Below are positions 1 to 7,847 of a DNA stretch of 64,000 nt, one piece after another (positions within the stretch are counted from its first letter, which is position 1; every line of letters starts with the position of its first letter). The position numbers were made by a program, and so were the translations under genes. The notes beneath the pieces were generated by a model. It was given only the letters and a program-made list of their open reading frames with translations. It did not search any database and had not been told where the DNA came from. The DNA lies in assembly GCA_016220165.1 (NCBI GenBank), contig JACRIE010000040.1, forward strand, positions 16,364-80,363. The letters are read 5' to 3'. The stretch is from Candidatus Peregrinibacteria bacterium. Lineage in GTDB: Bacteria > Patescibacteriota > Gracilibacteria > UM-FILTER-43-11 > JACRIE01.

Positions 1-148
1 GCGCCTCCTTTGCCAAAGTCGCCGTTGCGAGAACAACCGTATCTCCAAGACGGGCGGTAGCGCTGCCATTACATTGCTTTGCTAGTTTTCCGGTTTCTAT
101 AACGAGCTCCTTGTCTCCGAGCATCAAACGAAATTCCTTTGGCTCCAT
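1..148 (-). CDS. pnp: polyribonucleotide nucleotidyltransferase (PNPase), N-terminal fragment running off the window edge
   Basis: Absent from the ORF track because it has no stop in the window. Reverse-strand translation from the ATG at complement 146-148 reads [49 protein letters not shown]. This carries the ETGKLAKQ...G..GDT.VL pattern of PNPase N-termini. It lies 14 nt downstream of rpsO, matching the conserved rpsO-pnp order. Confidence 0.7.
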   Translation of the reverse strand, partial: MEPKEFRLMLGDKELVIETGKLAKQCNGSATARLGDTVVLATATLAKEA

Positions 149-162
149 AAAAAATAAAGAAG

Positions 163-426
163 TTATTTGCGTAGATCAAGAGAGCCGACAACTTCTTCGT
201 AGGCCTTTGGGGATTTCGTTTTAAGATAATTGAGAAGTTTACGACGTTTGCCAACCATTAAAAGGAGGCCGCGGCGGCTATGATTATCCTTTTTATGATC
301 TTTAAGATGCTCAGTAAGCTGTTTAATGCGCTCAGTAAGAATGGCCACTTGAACCTGAGGGGAACCAGTGTCCTTTTCGTGCTTAGCATGTTTCTTAATA
401 ATTTTTTTCTTCTGTTTTCTTTCCAT
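163..426 (-). CDS. rpsO: 30S ribosomal protein S15
   Basis: The 87-aa product MERKQKKK...[49 protein letters not shown] carries the S15 signature (HKKD.HSRRGLL..V..RR.LL.YL). I start it at the second Met of ORF 163..459. Confidence 0.9.
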   Translation of the reverse strand: MERKQKKKIIKKHAKHEKDTGSPQVQVAILTERIKQLTEHLKDHKKDNHSRRGLLLMVGKRRKLLNYLKTKSPKAYEEVVGSLDLRK

Positions 427-465
427 GAGGGGGCTTGCTTTTAAAGAGTCAACATTCAAATGTTA

Positions 466-495
466 GCAAAAAAGACTATGCTTGACAAGTCTTTT
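466..495 (-). terminator. putative intrinsic terminator after the 516..920 gene
   Basis: On the minus strand the sequence reads AAAAGACT-tgtcaagcat-AGTCTTTT, followed by ttttgc. This is an 8-bp stem (470-477 with 488-495) running into a T-run. Confidence 0.4.
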
Positions 496-515
496 ATTGA
501 AAAAGAACATTTTCT

Positions 516-920
516 CTATTTTTTGAAAAAACGACCGATGCGTTCGTTTTGTTTTAAACGTTCTAAGCGGGAATGATATTCCGCTTTAAATTTTATCAAT
601 CGACTAACAACAAAATAAATAAAGAGTAAGCCAAAAATTGCCCACCAAAGACGCATGGAAAGATAAGGAACGCCGGAGATACGGATCAAAACCAAAAGGA
701 TCATAATTCCGCCGAAAACTTCAAAAAAACGGGGGTAATGTCTAAGCATTTTTTTAAGAATTTCATCTTTGATTCCTTTGCGACGATAAATTCTTAACAT
801 AATTCCAGATAGGATCAATAGTCCTCCCAAAATTAAAAATATCACTGCAAAACGAAAATGCGGAGTGGGAACAGGCGAAAAATAATAACGTAAGCCTAGA
901 AATTGACGGAAAAAATCCAT
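516..920 (-). CDS. hypothetical integral membrane protein (about 4 TM helices)
   Basis: 134-aa ORF with several hydrophobic helices (AVIFLILGGLLILSGIML, FGGIMILLVLI, LWWAIFGLLFIYFVV). No family recognised. Confidence 0.6.
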   Translation of the reverse strand: MDFFRQFLGLRYYFSPVPTPHFRFAVIFLILGGLLILSGIMLRIYRRKGIKDEILKKMLRHYPRFFEVFGGIMILLVLIRISGVPYLSMRLWWAIFGLLFIYFVVSRLIKFKAEYHSRLERLKQNERIGRFFKK

Positions 921-940
921 AATAATAAATCATTAATAAA

Positions 941-1462
941 TTATTTTTTAAGCGAAACCTTCATCTTAATTTTTTTGACAGGCTCCTTCTGGATAGAGCC
1001 ACAATAAGGACAAGAATTCCAAGGATCCGGAAAAGACTGATGACATTTATTGCAAGTTTTTTTTAATTTCGCCAAACAATTCGGACAATAAATAAAGGTT
1101 TTATCAAGGATCGTCAAGCATTTTTTGCAGGTTTGACCGTCCTCTCCTTTTTCTTCAAATAAATGTTTTTCCAATTCTTCATAATAACGTTCTACATGGG
1201 TACGTCCTGGTCGTATGATTAAATATAAAATAACTCCTAAAAGTGGAATCGCGATCGTCAAAAGGATTGCAAAAATTTGAAAAGAAAGGCTATTACTCCG
1301 GCTAATCGCATCTCGCGTGACCCAAATAATCAAAGAAAGCCATAAGAGTCCTATATAAACCAAAACAACGATTTGCCAGAGAGTGAAAGAGGGCGAATTA
1401 AGAAATTGAATGATCTCGGTAAGTCCAAATGACATAATCTTTTTTTTAAAAATTAAAAACAA
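941..1462 (-). CDS. membrane protein with a PLD-nuclease-N-like two-TM domain and a C-terminal double zinc ribbon
   Basis: The N-terminus WQIVVLVYIGLLWLSLIIWVTRDAISR...LGVILYLIIRP resembles the cardiolipin-synthase N-terminal (PLDc_N) module. The C-terminus has CKKC..x..CPNC..x..CNKC..x..CPYC. An alternative start lies at Met10 (1435). Confidence 0.6.
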   Translation of the reverse strand: MFLIFKKKIMSFGLTEIIQFLNSPSFTLWQIVVLVYIGLLWLSLIIWVTRDAISRSNSLSFQIFAILLTIAIPLLGVILYLIIRPGRTHVERYYEELEKHLFEEKGEDGQTCKKCLTILDKTFIYCPNCLAKLKKTCNKCHQSFPDPWNSCPYCGSIQKEPVKKIKMKVSLKK

Positions 1463-1466
1463 CTAT

Positions 1467-2222
1467 CTATTCCGAAAGGAATTTTTGAAGAGGAGAGGCA
1501 GCCTGGCCGCAAAAAATAAAACCGCCAAACGCAACAACGGCGAGAAGTGTCGCGTTTGCTTTAAGATAAAACGAAGGAATACCATGTAAAAAATCAAGAC
1601 CAAGAAGCAGTAAACCCATAATCATAATTCCTGCCGTACCAACAATTCCAGGTTGATGATGCCGTTTATTATAACGCATTAAATAACTAAATACAGCAAA
1701 GGCTGCTAGGGCAAGATAAAGCTGCGTAGGATGAATCGGAATGGCAAAAGGAACATCAATATTATTAAATAGGATCCCCCAGGGAAGATCCGTAGGAAGG
1801 CCATAATTACTTCCTTCAAAAAAATTTCCTAAAGAAAGAAAAAAAAGAAAAACAAGGCCTGCTAAAGTAAAAGCGTCTAGCCATGCCCAAAAATTTTCCC
1901 TATTTTTTTTACAATAAATGAATAAAGCGATAAGGCATCCATAAATAACCCCAAAAAAACTAAAATTCAAATCCCATATAAACAAAATTCGCCATGGTTC
2001 AGTCCATAACAAAGAAAAATGTTCTAAAAAAAATAAAATACGCCCTAGGAAAATGCCTATCCCCAAAATAATTAAAAGATTGTTGGACAAAAAGGAAAAA
2101 TTAATTTTTTTTCTGACTGAATATCTCATCAGAAAGAAAATACTGAAAATAAAACCACATGCTAAAAAAATATCAAAAGAACGAAGTGTGAATGGACCAT
2201 ATTGAAACAGAACAGGAAGCAT
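1467..2222 (-). CDS. lgt: prolipoprotein diacylglyceryl transferase
   Basis: Motifs: MLPVLFQYGPFTLRSFDIF at the N-terminus, GRILFFLEH, GLPTDLPWGI and HPTQLYLALAAF (the Lgt HPTQLYE motif). I start it at Met62 of ORF 1467..2405 because the longer form overlaps the upstream gene by 143 nt. Confidence 0.75.
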   Translation of the reverse strand: MLPVLFQYGPFTLRSFDIFLACGFIFSIFFLMRYSVRKKINFSFLSNNLLIILGIGIFLGRILFFLEHFSLLWTEPWRILFIWDLNFSFFGVIYGCLIALFIYCKKNRENFWAWLDAFTLAGLVFLFFLSLGNFFEGSNYGLPTDLPWGILFNNIDVPFAIPIHPTQLYLALAAFAVFSYLMRYNKRHHQPGIVGTAGIMIMGLLLLGLDFLHGIPSFYLKANATLLAVVAFGGFIFCGQAASPLQKFLSE

Positions 2223-2262
2223 AAAAAAAACTAAGGGAAAGATTAAGTCAAAAGAGAGAAAG

Positions 2263-5200
2263 TCAGCGGATCTCTTGGAAAAATTGCTGTTCGGAAGCCG
2301 CGCTAAAACCAGGAGGGGGATTAATTGTAATACGACGATCGTCTTTTTGTATAAAGAAGGGATCCAAAGTCGACTTTTCAAGAGAAATCGTTTCTTTAAT
2401 GCCATCCGCGTCTGTATCGACCAAAGAGATCACCGTCGGAAGACTTCCTAAAGTGCAAACGCCTTGGGAGTCACAACTGCCGCCTCCGCTGAATTTTCCG
2501 TTTCCCGCCACTTTATTCTCGGAAACAGTGAAGCGTCGCAGATAATCAAGATCATAACGTTGGGCGCAATTAAGCTGACTGATATTCGGACATGATTTTC
2601 CGGCAGGCGACTGAAGGCTGACCGCGCCGCCGATGGTATTTTTAGAAGCGATACTTCCCTGCCAAAGCAATTGATTATTGAGCAACTGAGGATTTGCGCC
2701 TCCATAGAAATATGGATAGCCGGAGACCGTAGTATCATCAACATAACTCATCAAACTTCCCTCGGCGTATACAGCGCCGACCATATTCGTAAGATTGGGA
2801 TCGATAAAGAGATTGCCGCCTTCGTCCTTCTCATCTGTCAGAAGAATAATCCCAAAAGAAGAGGAATCGTTGCCGTAAACGAAGTTATTTTTAATATAAA
2901 GATTCGCGCCTCCTTTAATAATAATTGTATAACGCTTTCCATCAGGAACTTTAATGGCATCAGAGGGGTTATCTCCCATTAACGTCAGCTTTTGGTCAGA
3001 AGTTCCTTCATAAAAAGCAATAACCGACGTCTCGTCAGCGTCTATTTTAATACAAGAACCGATTAGGGGAAGCGTCGCGCCGGACAATAGGGAAGAAACG
3101 GAACAGGAAGATAAATTTTGAGTTAAACTAGCCACATTCTTTCGCATGAGGGTCGTAAAATCTTTCGTATCGATTCCCTCAATCCCTTTAATTGCTTTTG
3201 ATTGAAGATCGGGTTGATAAATAGAATTTCCGGCGCCGATTCCTGTATATTCGACACCGATATCTTTAAGGGAAATACCGGGAAGGAGTGGCGTTTTATA
3301 AATAGTAAATTCCGGTTGGTTTTGGAAATGATAAGCAACGTAAGCGTCAATCCCGAAAGAAACATTGGAAATACCGACCGGAAGGATTTTTTCAGCGGTA
3401 AAATCAATCGCCTGAGGAGACAGAGGGGCAAGAATCTTACCCGTAACTGTATCAGGAACGGAAGGAATAAAATCCAATGAACTATTTGAATCGCTACGAT
3501 CGATCAATCCATCGTGCGTGCAGTTTCCCGTGATGGAATCTCTCGGATATTCTTTAGGGATACCAAAATCACAGGAAATCAAGTAGGTACCATCATCTCG
3601 CAAAGAAGTCGAAACTCCCTGATCATATTGTAAGGAAAGCGCAAACGCATTTCTAAAAATAGAGTTAATGCCTGAAAAAGTTGCGCCAGATTGTGAAACT
3701 CCATTATAAAATTCATAACGAGTTTCTCCTTCGAGCGGATCAGACCAGCCAAGATTATCTTCGGAAGAGGACTGACTTTGTATTTTTTGGATTTGCAGGA
3801 AAAGACTATCGCGATTCTCTAAGTTGAACACATGATCAATATCAACATCTTGCAGCAGTTGAGTGCTTAAAGATTTAGCCTGATAAGAAAATTTCGCGGG
3901 AACTCCGATGGTGATCTGATTTTCAATGCCCCCGCTGCTAAGAAGCGGATTCTCAAGAACAAGCGCTGGAATAAAAGAAAACTCCTGAGGAAAATTAACC
4001 GTAATAGGCTGGGCGGCCAGCGAATCAGAAATTTCGATAGAATTTAATTTTAATTTATAAGTATCAACCGTGGGAGCGAAAGAAGTGAATTCCATTCGAT
4101 ACGTTCCAGGCAATAGCGGCGCCGGAGAAAATAGCGAAGGGGCGCCAACCGGAAGATTATTGTTGGGGACAATATCCTTGATACGAACAGGTTGATAAGG
4201 AGAAAGATCAAAAGAAGTTGAATTAAAACGCATGGAGTTATCGAAAGAAGCCGAAAGCGCTACACTCCTTCCCGGACTTCCTGCGTAAGCACGATTAGAA
4301 TTAATAGTAATAATGGGGTTTCCCGCGATATCCTGAAGAGGGAAATTCATAACCGCTGCATCATAACCGTCAGCCATAATTTTATCCGTGTGTCTAAAAG
4401 CCGCTGCAGGAGCGGGACGGAAATAGTCGCCCGCACGCACATAAAAATTCAATGGATTTAAGTGAGGAGTGGTCGGCGAAACAGAGCTGGGTAGCTGTAA
4501 AGCTAGATAATATCGCATGCCGGCGTTATTGGTAATCACCCCGGACAAAGTGTACGAACAAAAACCATAAGGAACTCCTATGATAGAACCGGCTCCTAAA
4601 ATCGATAAATCGATATTGCCATTAGCCGCTGTAACCGCTTTGACCGTTGCAGAGGGGTTATTACAGGCAGGAAGAGACGTTCTTAGTGAAAAATTAGTTT
4701 CAGTAAGTCGGATGCCTGATTCTGGATCAGAAGCAAAATTAGCCCACGTCAAAGCCCCTGTGATGCTATTGACCCCAAACCATGTTTTATCGGTTGCGTT
4801 AAGAATCGGAGGGGAAACATCCGGATACCAATTCGCATAAACGGAAAAATCCGGGAGATCGTCATCTATTGATTCTTTATTAAATTTTATCCATCCTAAT
4901 TTTTGATTCCATGCATAGCCTCGGAGACGATAACCTAGTGTCTCGCCGTTCGTGCCATAAACAGGGGGACCTCCGAAATCAAGATAAACCCCCCACGTGG
5001 TTTGACTTTGCTCAATAACTGAAATTCGGCCAACAGGAAGCGAATCAAAACCAGGATTGCTGAGTCCGATCCATCCCGCCGCGTCGCTCCACGCGTATCC
5101 GATCAGAGCTCCATTTGCCGCGGAAAGACGAGCGTAATTAACTGAAGTAAATCCGCGGACGCGTAAAGTATCTTTAATAAAATTTCCATCGAGAGCAATC

Positions 5201-5430
5201 CATCCTAAGGCGCTGCTCCAGATAAAACCTTTCAAAAAACACCCTTTGGAATCGCACTGGTCAGACACTCTCGGCTGAAATTCAGGATCTAAACTGAGAC
5301 TAAACTCAAAATCGCCCGCTAATTTATTTTTAGCGGTTCCGTTAATCGTGGAATCCGCCAAGCTAAAAGGCGAAAAAAGACCCCAAAAAATGATTACTAA
5401 AACAAAAAAAATGAATTTCCTTTTGGTCAT
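2263..5430 (-). CDS. large secreted protein of unknown function with N-terminal G[YF]xW....GWI repeats
   Basis: 1055-aa ORF with a signal peptide (MTKRKFIFFVLVIIFWGLFSPFSLADS). Three repeats are present: GFIWSSALGWIAL, GYAWSDAAGWIGL and GYAWNQKLGWIKF. Its ATG overlaps the upstream stop (ATGA at 5427-5430). Confidence 0.8.
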   Translation of the reverse strand: MTKRKFIFFVLVIIFWGLFSPFSLADSTINGTAKNKLAGDFEFSLSLDPEFQPRVSDQCDSKGCFLKGFIWSSALGWIALDGNFIKDTLRVRGFTSVNYARLSAANGALIGYAWSDAAGWIGLSNPGFDSLPVGRISVIEQSQTTWGVYLDFGGPPVYGTNGETLGYRLRGYAWNQKLGWIKFNKESIDDDLPDFSVYANWYPDVSPPILNATDKTWFGVNSITGALTWANFASDPESGIRLTETNFSLRTSLPACNNPSATVKAVTAANGNIDLSILGAGSIIGVPYGFCSYTLSGVITNNAGMRYYLALQLPSSVSPTTPHLNPLNFYVRAGDYFRPAPAAAFRHTDKIMADGYDAAVMNFPLQDIAGNPIITINSNRAYAGSPGRSVALSASFDNSMRFNSTSFDLSPYQPVRIKDIVPNNNLPVGAPSLFSPAPLLPGTYRMEFTSFAPTVDTYKLKLNSIEISDSLAAQPITVNFPQEFSFIPALVLENPLLSSGGIENQITIGVPAKFSYQAKSLSTQLLQDVDIDHVFNLENRDSLFLQIQKIQSQSSSEDNLGWSDPLEGETRYEFYNGVSQSGATFSGINSIFRNAFALSLQYDQGVSTSLRDDGTYLISCDFGIPKEYPRDSITGNCTHDGLIDRSDSNSSLDFIPSVPDTVTGKILAPLSPQAIDFTAEKILPVGISNVSFGIDAYVAYHFQNQPEFTIYKTPLLPGISLKDIGVEYTGIGAGNSIYQPDLQSKAIKGIEGIDTKDFTTLMRKNVASLTQNLSSCSVSSLLSGATLPLIGSCIKIDADETSVIAFYEGTSDQKLTLMGDNPSDAIKVPDGKRYTIIIKGGANLYIKNNFVYGNDSSSFGIILLTDEKDEGGNLFIDPNLTNMVGAVYAEGSLMSYVDDTTVSGYPYFYGGANPQLLNNQLLWQGSIASKNTIGGAVSLQSPAGKSCPNISQLNCAQRYDLDYLRRFTVSENKVAGNGKFSGGGSCDSQGVCTLGSLPTVISLVDTDADGIKETISLEKSTLDPFFIQKDDRRITINPPPGFSAASEQQFFQEIR

Positions 5431-6401
5431 GGCTTAATATAATTTAAACAGGTAGTTCGGGCATCCTCCCGAATAATTTTTTGACATAAAGTTGCGTCCT
5501 TTTTTGCGATTGCCAGACGTAAAAAATAACCGTTGATTTTATCTTCCTGATCCATTTGGCATTTATTTTTAAGCGTAGAATCCGTAATGGAATTACAATA
5601 AACCAAATCCTTTTTTTCAAACGCCAATTCATAATTTGCTTCATCTTTGCACTTCAGTTTGTCTGCCTCATTTAGACTTTGACAAGTTTTAAGTTGCCCT
5701 TCAGGAGACAAATCCGGACGAACAGAAGCGGCGGAAGCGGGAATGGATTTTTGCGCTACTACTTTTTTGCAACGTTCCGAAAGGATCGGATCATTAATCT
5801 TTGAACAATCCGACGCCACTCCCTTTTCAATTCCAAGTTGATAATAGTATTGATCGAAACAGACGCTTTTTATGTCTCCGCTCTGGATTTGACCGCAACT
5901 CTCCAATGTTTGATGATTGGCGTTTAAAAGTACGTTAATCTGATCCAGACAATTGGCCTTAAGCGAAGCATCTATTATTTTTTCGCACACAGCCGCATCC
6001 AAACCGTCGACCCCTTTGAGAAAATAAATTTTATCAATACAAAACTGACGCGTTTTCGGGTCAAGTAATTGATCGCATGCTTCGACGTTGCGACGATTGA
6101 TAATGCCTGTAAAATGGATGCCGTCCAGACATTTTTGCTTGAGAGAATCGTCAAATTGAATTTGGTTGCACGCGTCATCGCTCCCTTCTTTTACGGCGGT
6201 CGCAAAGGCCTCATTGTCTTGCTTAATTCGAGTATCGATTGGAATGACTTGGCCTGTTGCCGCGGGCGTCTTTTCCTGGATGGCTTTTTCCGGCTCCGTT
6301 CGTGAAACGGGAGTGCTCAGTCTGTAAAGAAAAATGAGCAACGCACCGATAAGAATCAGGAAAAGGAGCCAAGCCCCCACGCGTACCCGTTGAGAATTCA
6401 T
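5427..6401 (-). CDS. membrane-anchored protein with about eight Cys-x(9-11)-Cys repeats
   Basis: Started at MNSQRVRVGAWLLFLILIGALLIFLY (Met25 of ORF 5427..6473). Repeats include ACNQIQFDDSLKQKC, ACDQLLDPKTRQFC, VCEKIIDASLKANC, SCGQIQSGDIKSVC, DCSKINDPILSERC, TCQSLNEADKLKC, YCNSITDSTLKNKC and LCQKIIREDARTTC. Confidence 0.7.
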   Translation of the reverse strand: MNSQRVRVGAWLLFLILIGALLIFLYRLSTPVSRTEPEKAIQEKTPAATGQVIPIDTRIKQDNEAFATAVKEGSDDACNQIQFDDSLKQKCLDGIHFTGIINRRNVEACDQLLDPKTRQFCIDKIYFLKGVDGLDAAVCEKIIDASLKANCLDQINVLLNANHQTLESCGQIQSGDIKSVCFDQYYYQLGIEKGVASDCSKINDPILSERCKKVVAQKSIPASAASVRPDLSPEGQLKTCQSLNEADKLKCKDEANYELAFEKKDLVYCNSITDSTLKNKCQMDQEDKINGYFLRLAIAKKDATLCQKIIREDARTTCLNYIKP

Positions 6402-6480
6402 ATACAATTTTTTTATTTTAAAGAAAAGGATTTTTACACGGCTTACCATAACAAATACGTAAATGAAAATCAAACGCCTC

Positions 6481-7773
6481 CTAGAGGTTGAATATCAGAA
6501 AAAAATAAAAAACATATCCGAAAAAAATAATCAAAAATTTACCTAAAAACTGTTTCTCGGGCAGATACTTTTGAAGATAAAAAATAAAGTGACTAAAAAA
6601 TAAAAAAATGACGATATTAATAATGAGGGGTGTCTTCAAAGTCCTGAAAACAAATTCGCGGGGCAGTCCGATCGCTTTTTCCAAAGAAAATGCGGCCAAA
6701 AAAAGATAAATAAGATAAAAAATAAGCAACCAGCCGATAAAACTATCTGCTTCTTCCAGAATATAGGCTCCTTTCTTGCGAAGCTCCCAATCAACTTTCT
6801 GAATAGACTCTTGTAGCTGCGGAAACGCTTTTTTCGCTGATTTTCGCTCTCGCCAATATCTTTTAACTCGATCCAGGAAACGAATATTAACAGTAGGGGT
6901 TCCGGGTGGAGATCCCTCTTTATCAAAATTAAAATACGACTTTTTAAAACGGGATATCGAATCAAAAAGCGACTGACTTAATTGTTTAATATTATTGAGC
7001 TGCCATTTTTTCTGAGTCAGAGCGGCATTTTTTTTAATAAGAGTATTTTGCCCCAAAACATTTAACGCTTGCTGAAAACGTTCACGCGTTTCAGCCGGAG
7101 CAGTCTCCAGCTTGTCCGGAGCAAGAATTAAGCCGTAAATCGTATGACACAGTTGCTCGATATGCTTTAAATTATTGCTTTGCCGGACGCGTTCTAATTC
7201 AGCGAGAGAATTTTTGATTTCTAATTGATGATCCGTGCTGAAAAAATCACTATATTCGTTTAACGCTTCTTTGGTTTTTAAAATAACGCGATCTATTTCT
7301 GCAATCATCTGCTGATCAACCGTTTTTTCTTCTTCCTCAGAAGATTCCTCGGGAAGTGTATTCTTTTTAATCGAAACCTCGCATTGACTGATAAGATCTT
7401 TAAAATGCTCAGCGAAAAATTTTTTTTCTTCTTCGCTCGCGGCTTGAGGATAAAGCGCGTGGAGAGTGAATTGATATTCCCGGATCAATCGCTCGCAGGC
7501 ATTTTCAATGGCAGGAGCTTCAATAGTCCCGTCAATTGGCTTCCCCCGATTGTCCGTGGCTTGGAAGCTGAATGTTTTAATTCCCTGAGATTCTTTTGTC
7601 GCTTTTTGCTTCAGGAGCTCATTCTGATAGTCAGCTTCCGCGATTTCCTGAATAGTCACAATAGAAAGCCCCATCTTATGAAGTTCCTCTTTCGCATTAT
7701 CAAGATCGATCGCCTCCAGGAGGCCATTCAGTTGTTTATTGCTTTTGCTGAGAGCGGTATAGCTGAATTTCAT
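6481..7773 (-). CDS. membrane protein with two N-terminal GspF/PilC-N-like modules
   Basis: MKFSYTALSKSNKQLNGLLEAIDLDNAKEELHKMGLSIVTIQEI and FSFQATDNRGKPIDGTIEAPAIENACERLIREYQF resemble the F.Y.A.d..G....G...A.s...A...L...G segment at the start of T2SS/T4P platform proteins. The C-terminus has 3-4 TM helices. It is the first gene of the minus-strand cluster 7773->516. Confidence 0.65.
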   Translation of the reverse strand: MKFSYTALSKSNKQLNGLLEAIDLDNAKEELHKMGLSIVTIQEIAEADYQNELLKQKATKESQGIKTFSFQATDNRGKPIDGTIEAPAIENACERLIREYQFTLHALYPQAASEEEKKFFAEHFKDLISQCEVSIKKNTLPEESSEEEEKTVDQQMIAEIDRVILKTKEALNEYSDFFSTDHQLEIKNSLAELERVRQSNNLKHIEQLCHTIYGLILAPDKLETAPAETRERFQQALNVLGQNTLIKKNAALTQKKWQLNNIKQLSQSLFDSISRFKKSYFNFDKEGSPPGTPTVNIRFLDRVKRYWRERKSAKKAFPQLQESIQKVDWELRKKGAYILEEADSFIGWLLIFYLIYLFLAAFSLEKAIGLPREFVFRTLKTPLIINIVIFLFFSHFIFYLQKYLPEKQFLGKFLIIFFGYVFYFFLIFNL

Positions 7774-7847
7774 CTTTCTTTTTTCTTTTAGAATATCTTA
7801 TGCTTAATCCGTAAAAAAATAAACCCGTAATTACGCAATTAGTATTT

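Noticed and set aside
69-254. A 61-aa minus-strand ORF spanning the rpsO-pnp junction.
   Set aside because: It overlaps both the S15 C-terminus and the PNPase N-terminus in another frame and has no supporting features.
2223-2405. N-terminal extensions offered by the ORF track for lgt (to 2405), the M23 peptidase (to 20251), ruvC (from 52131), secA (from 48709), hrcA (from 51514) and the 449-aa gene (to 55005).
   Set aside because: The extensions overlap neighbouring genes, promoters or the terminator palindrome. They precede internal Met codons that align with the canonical N-termini or with signal peptides.
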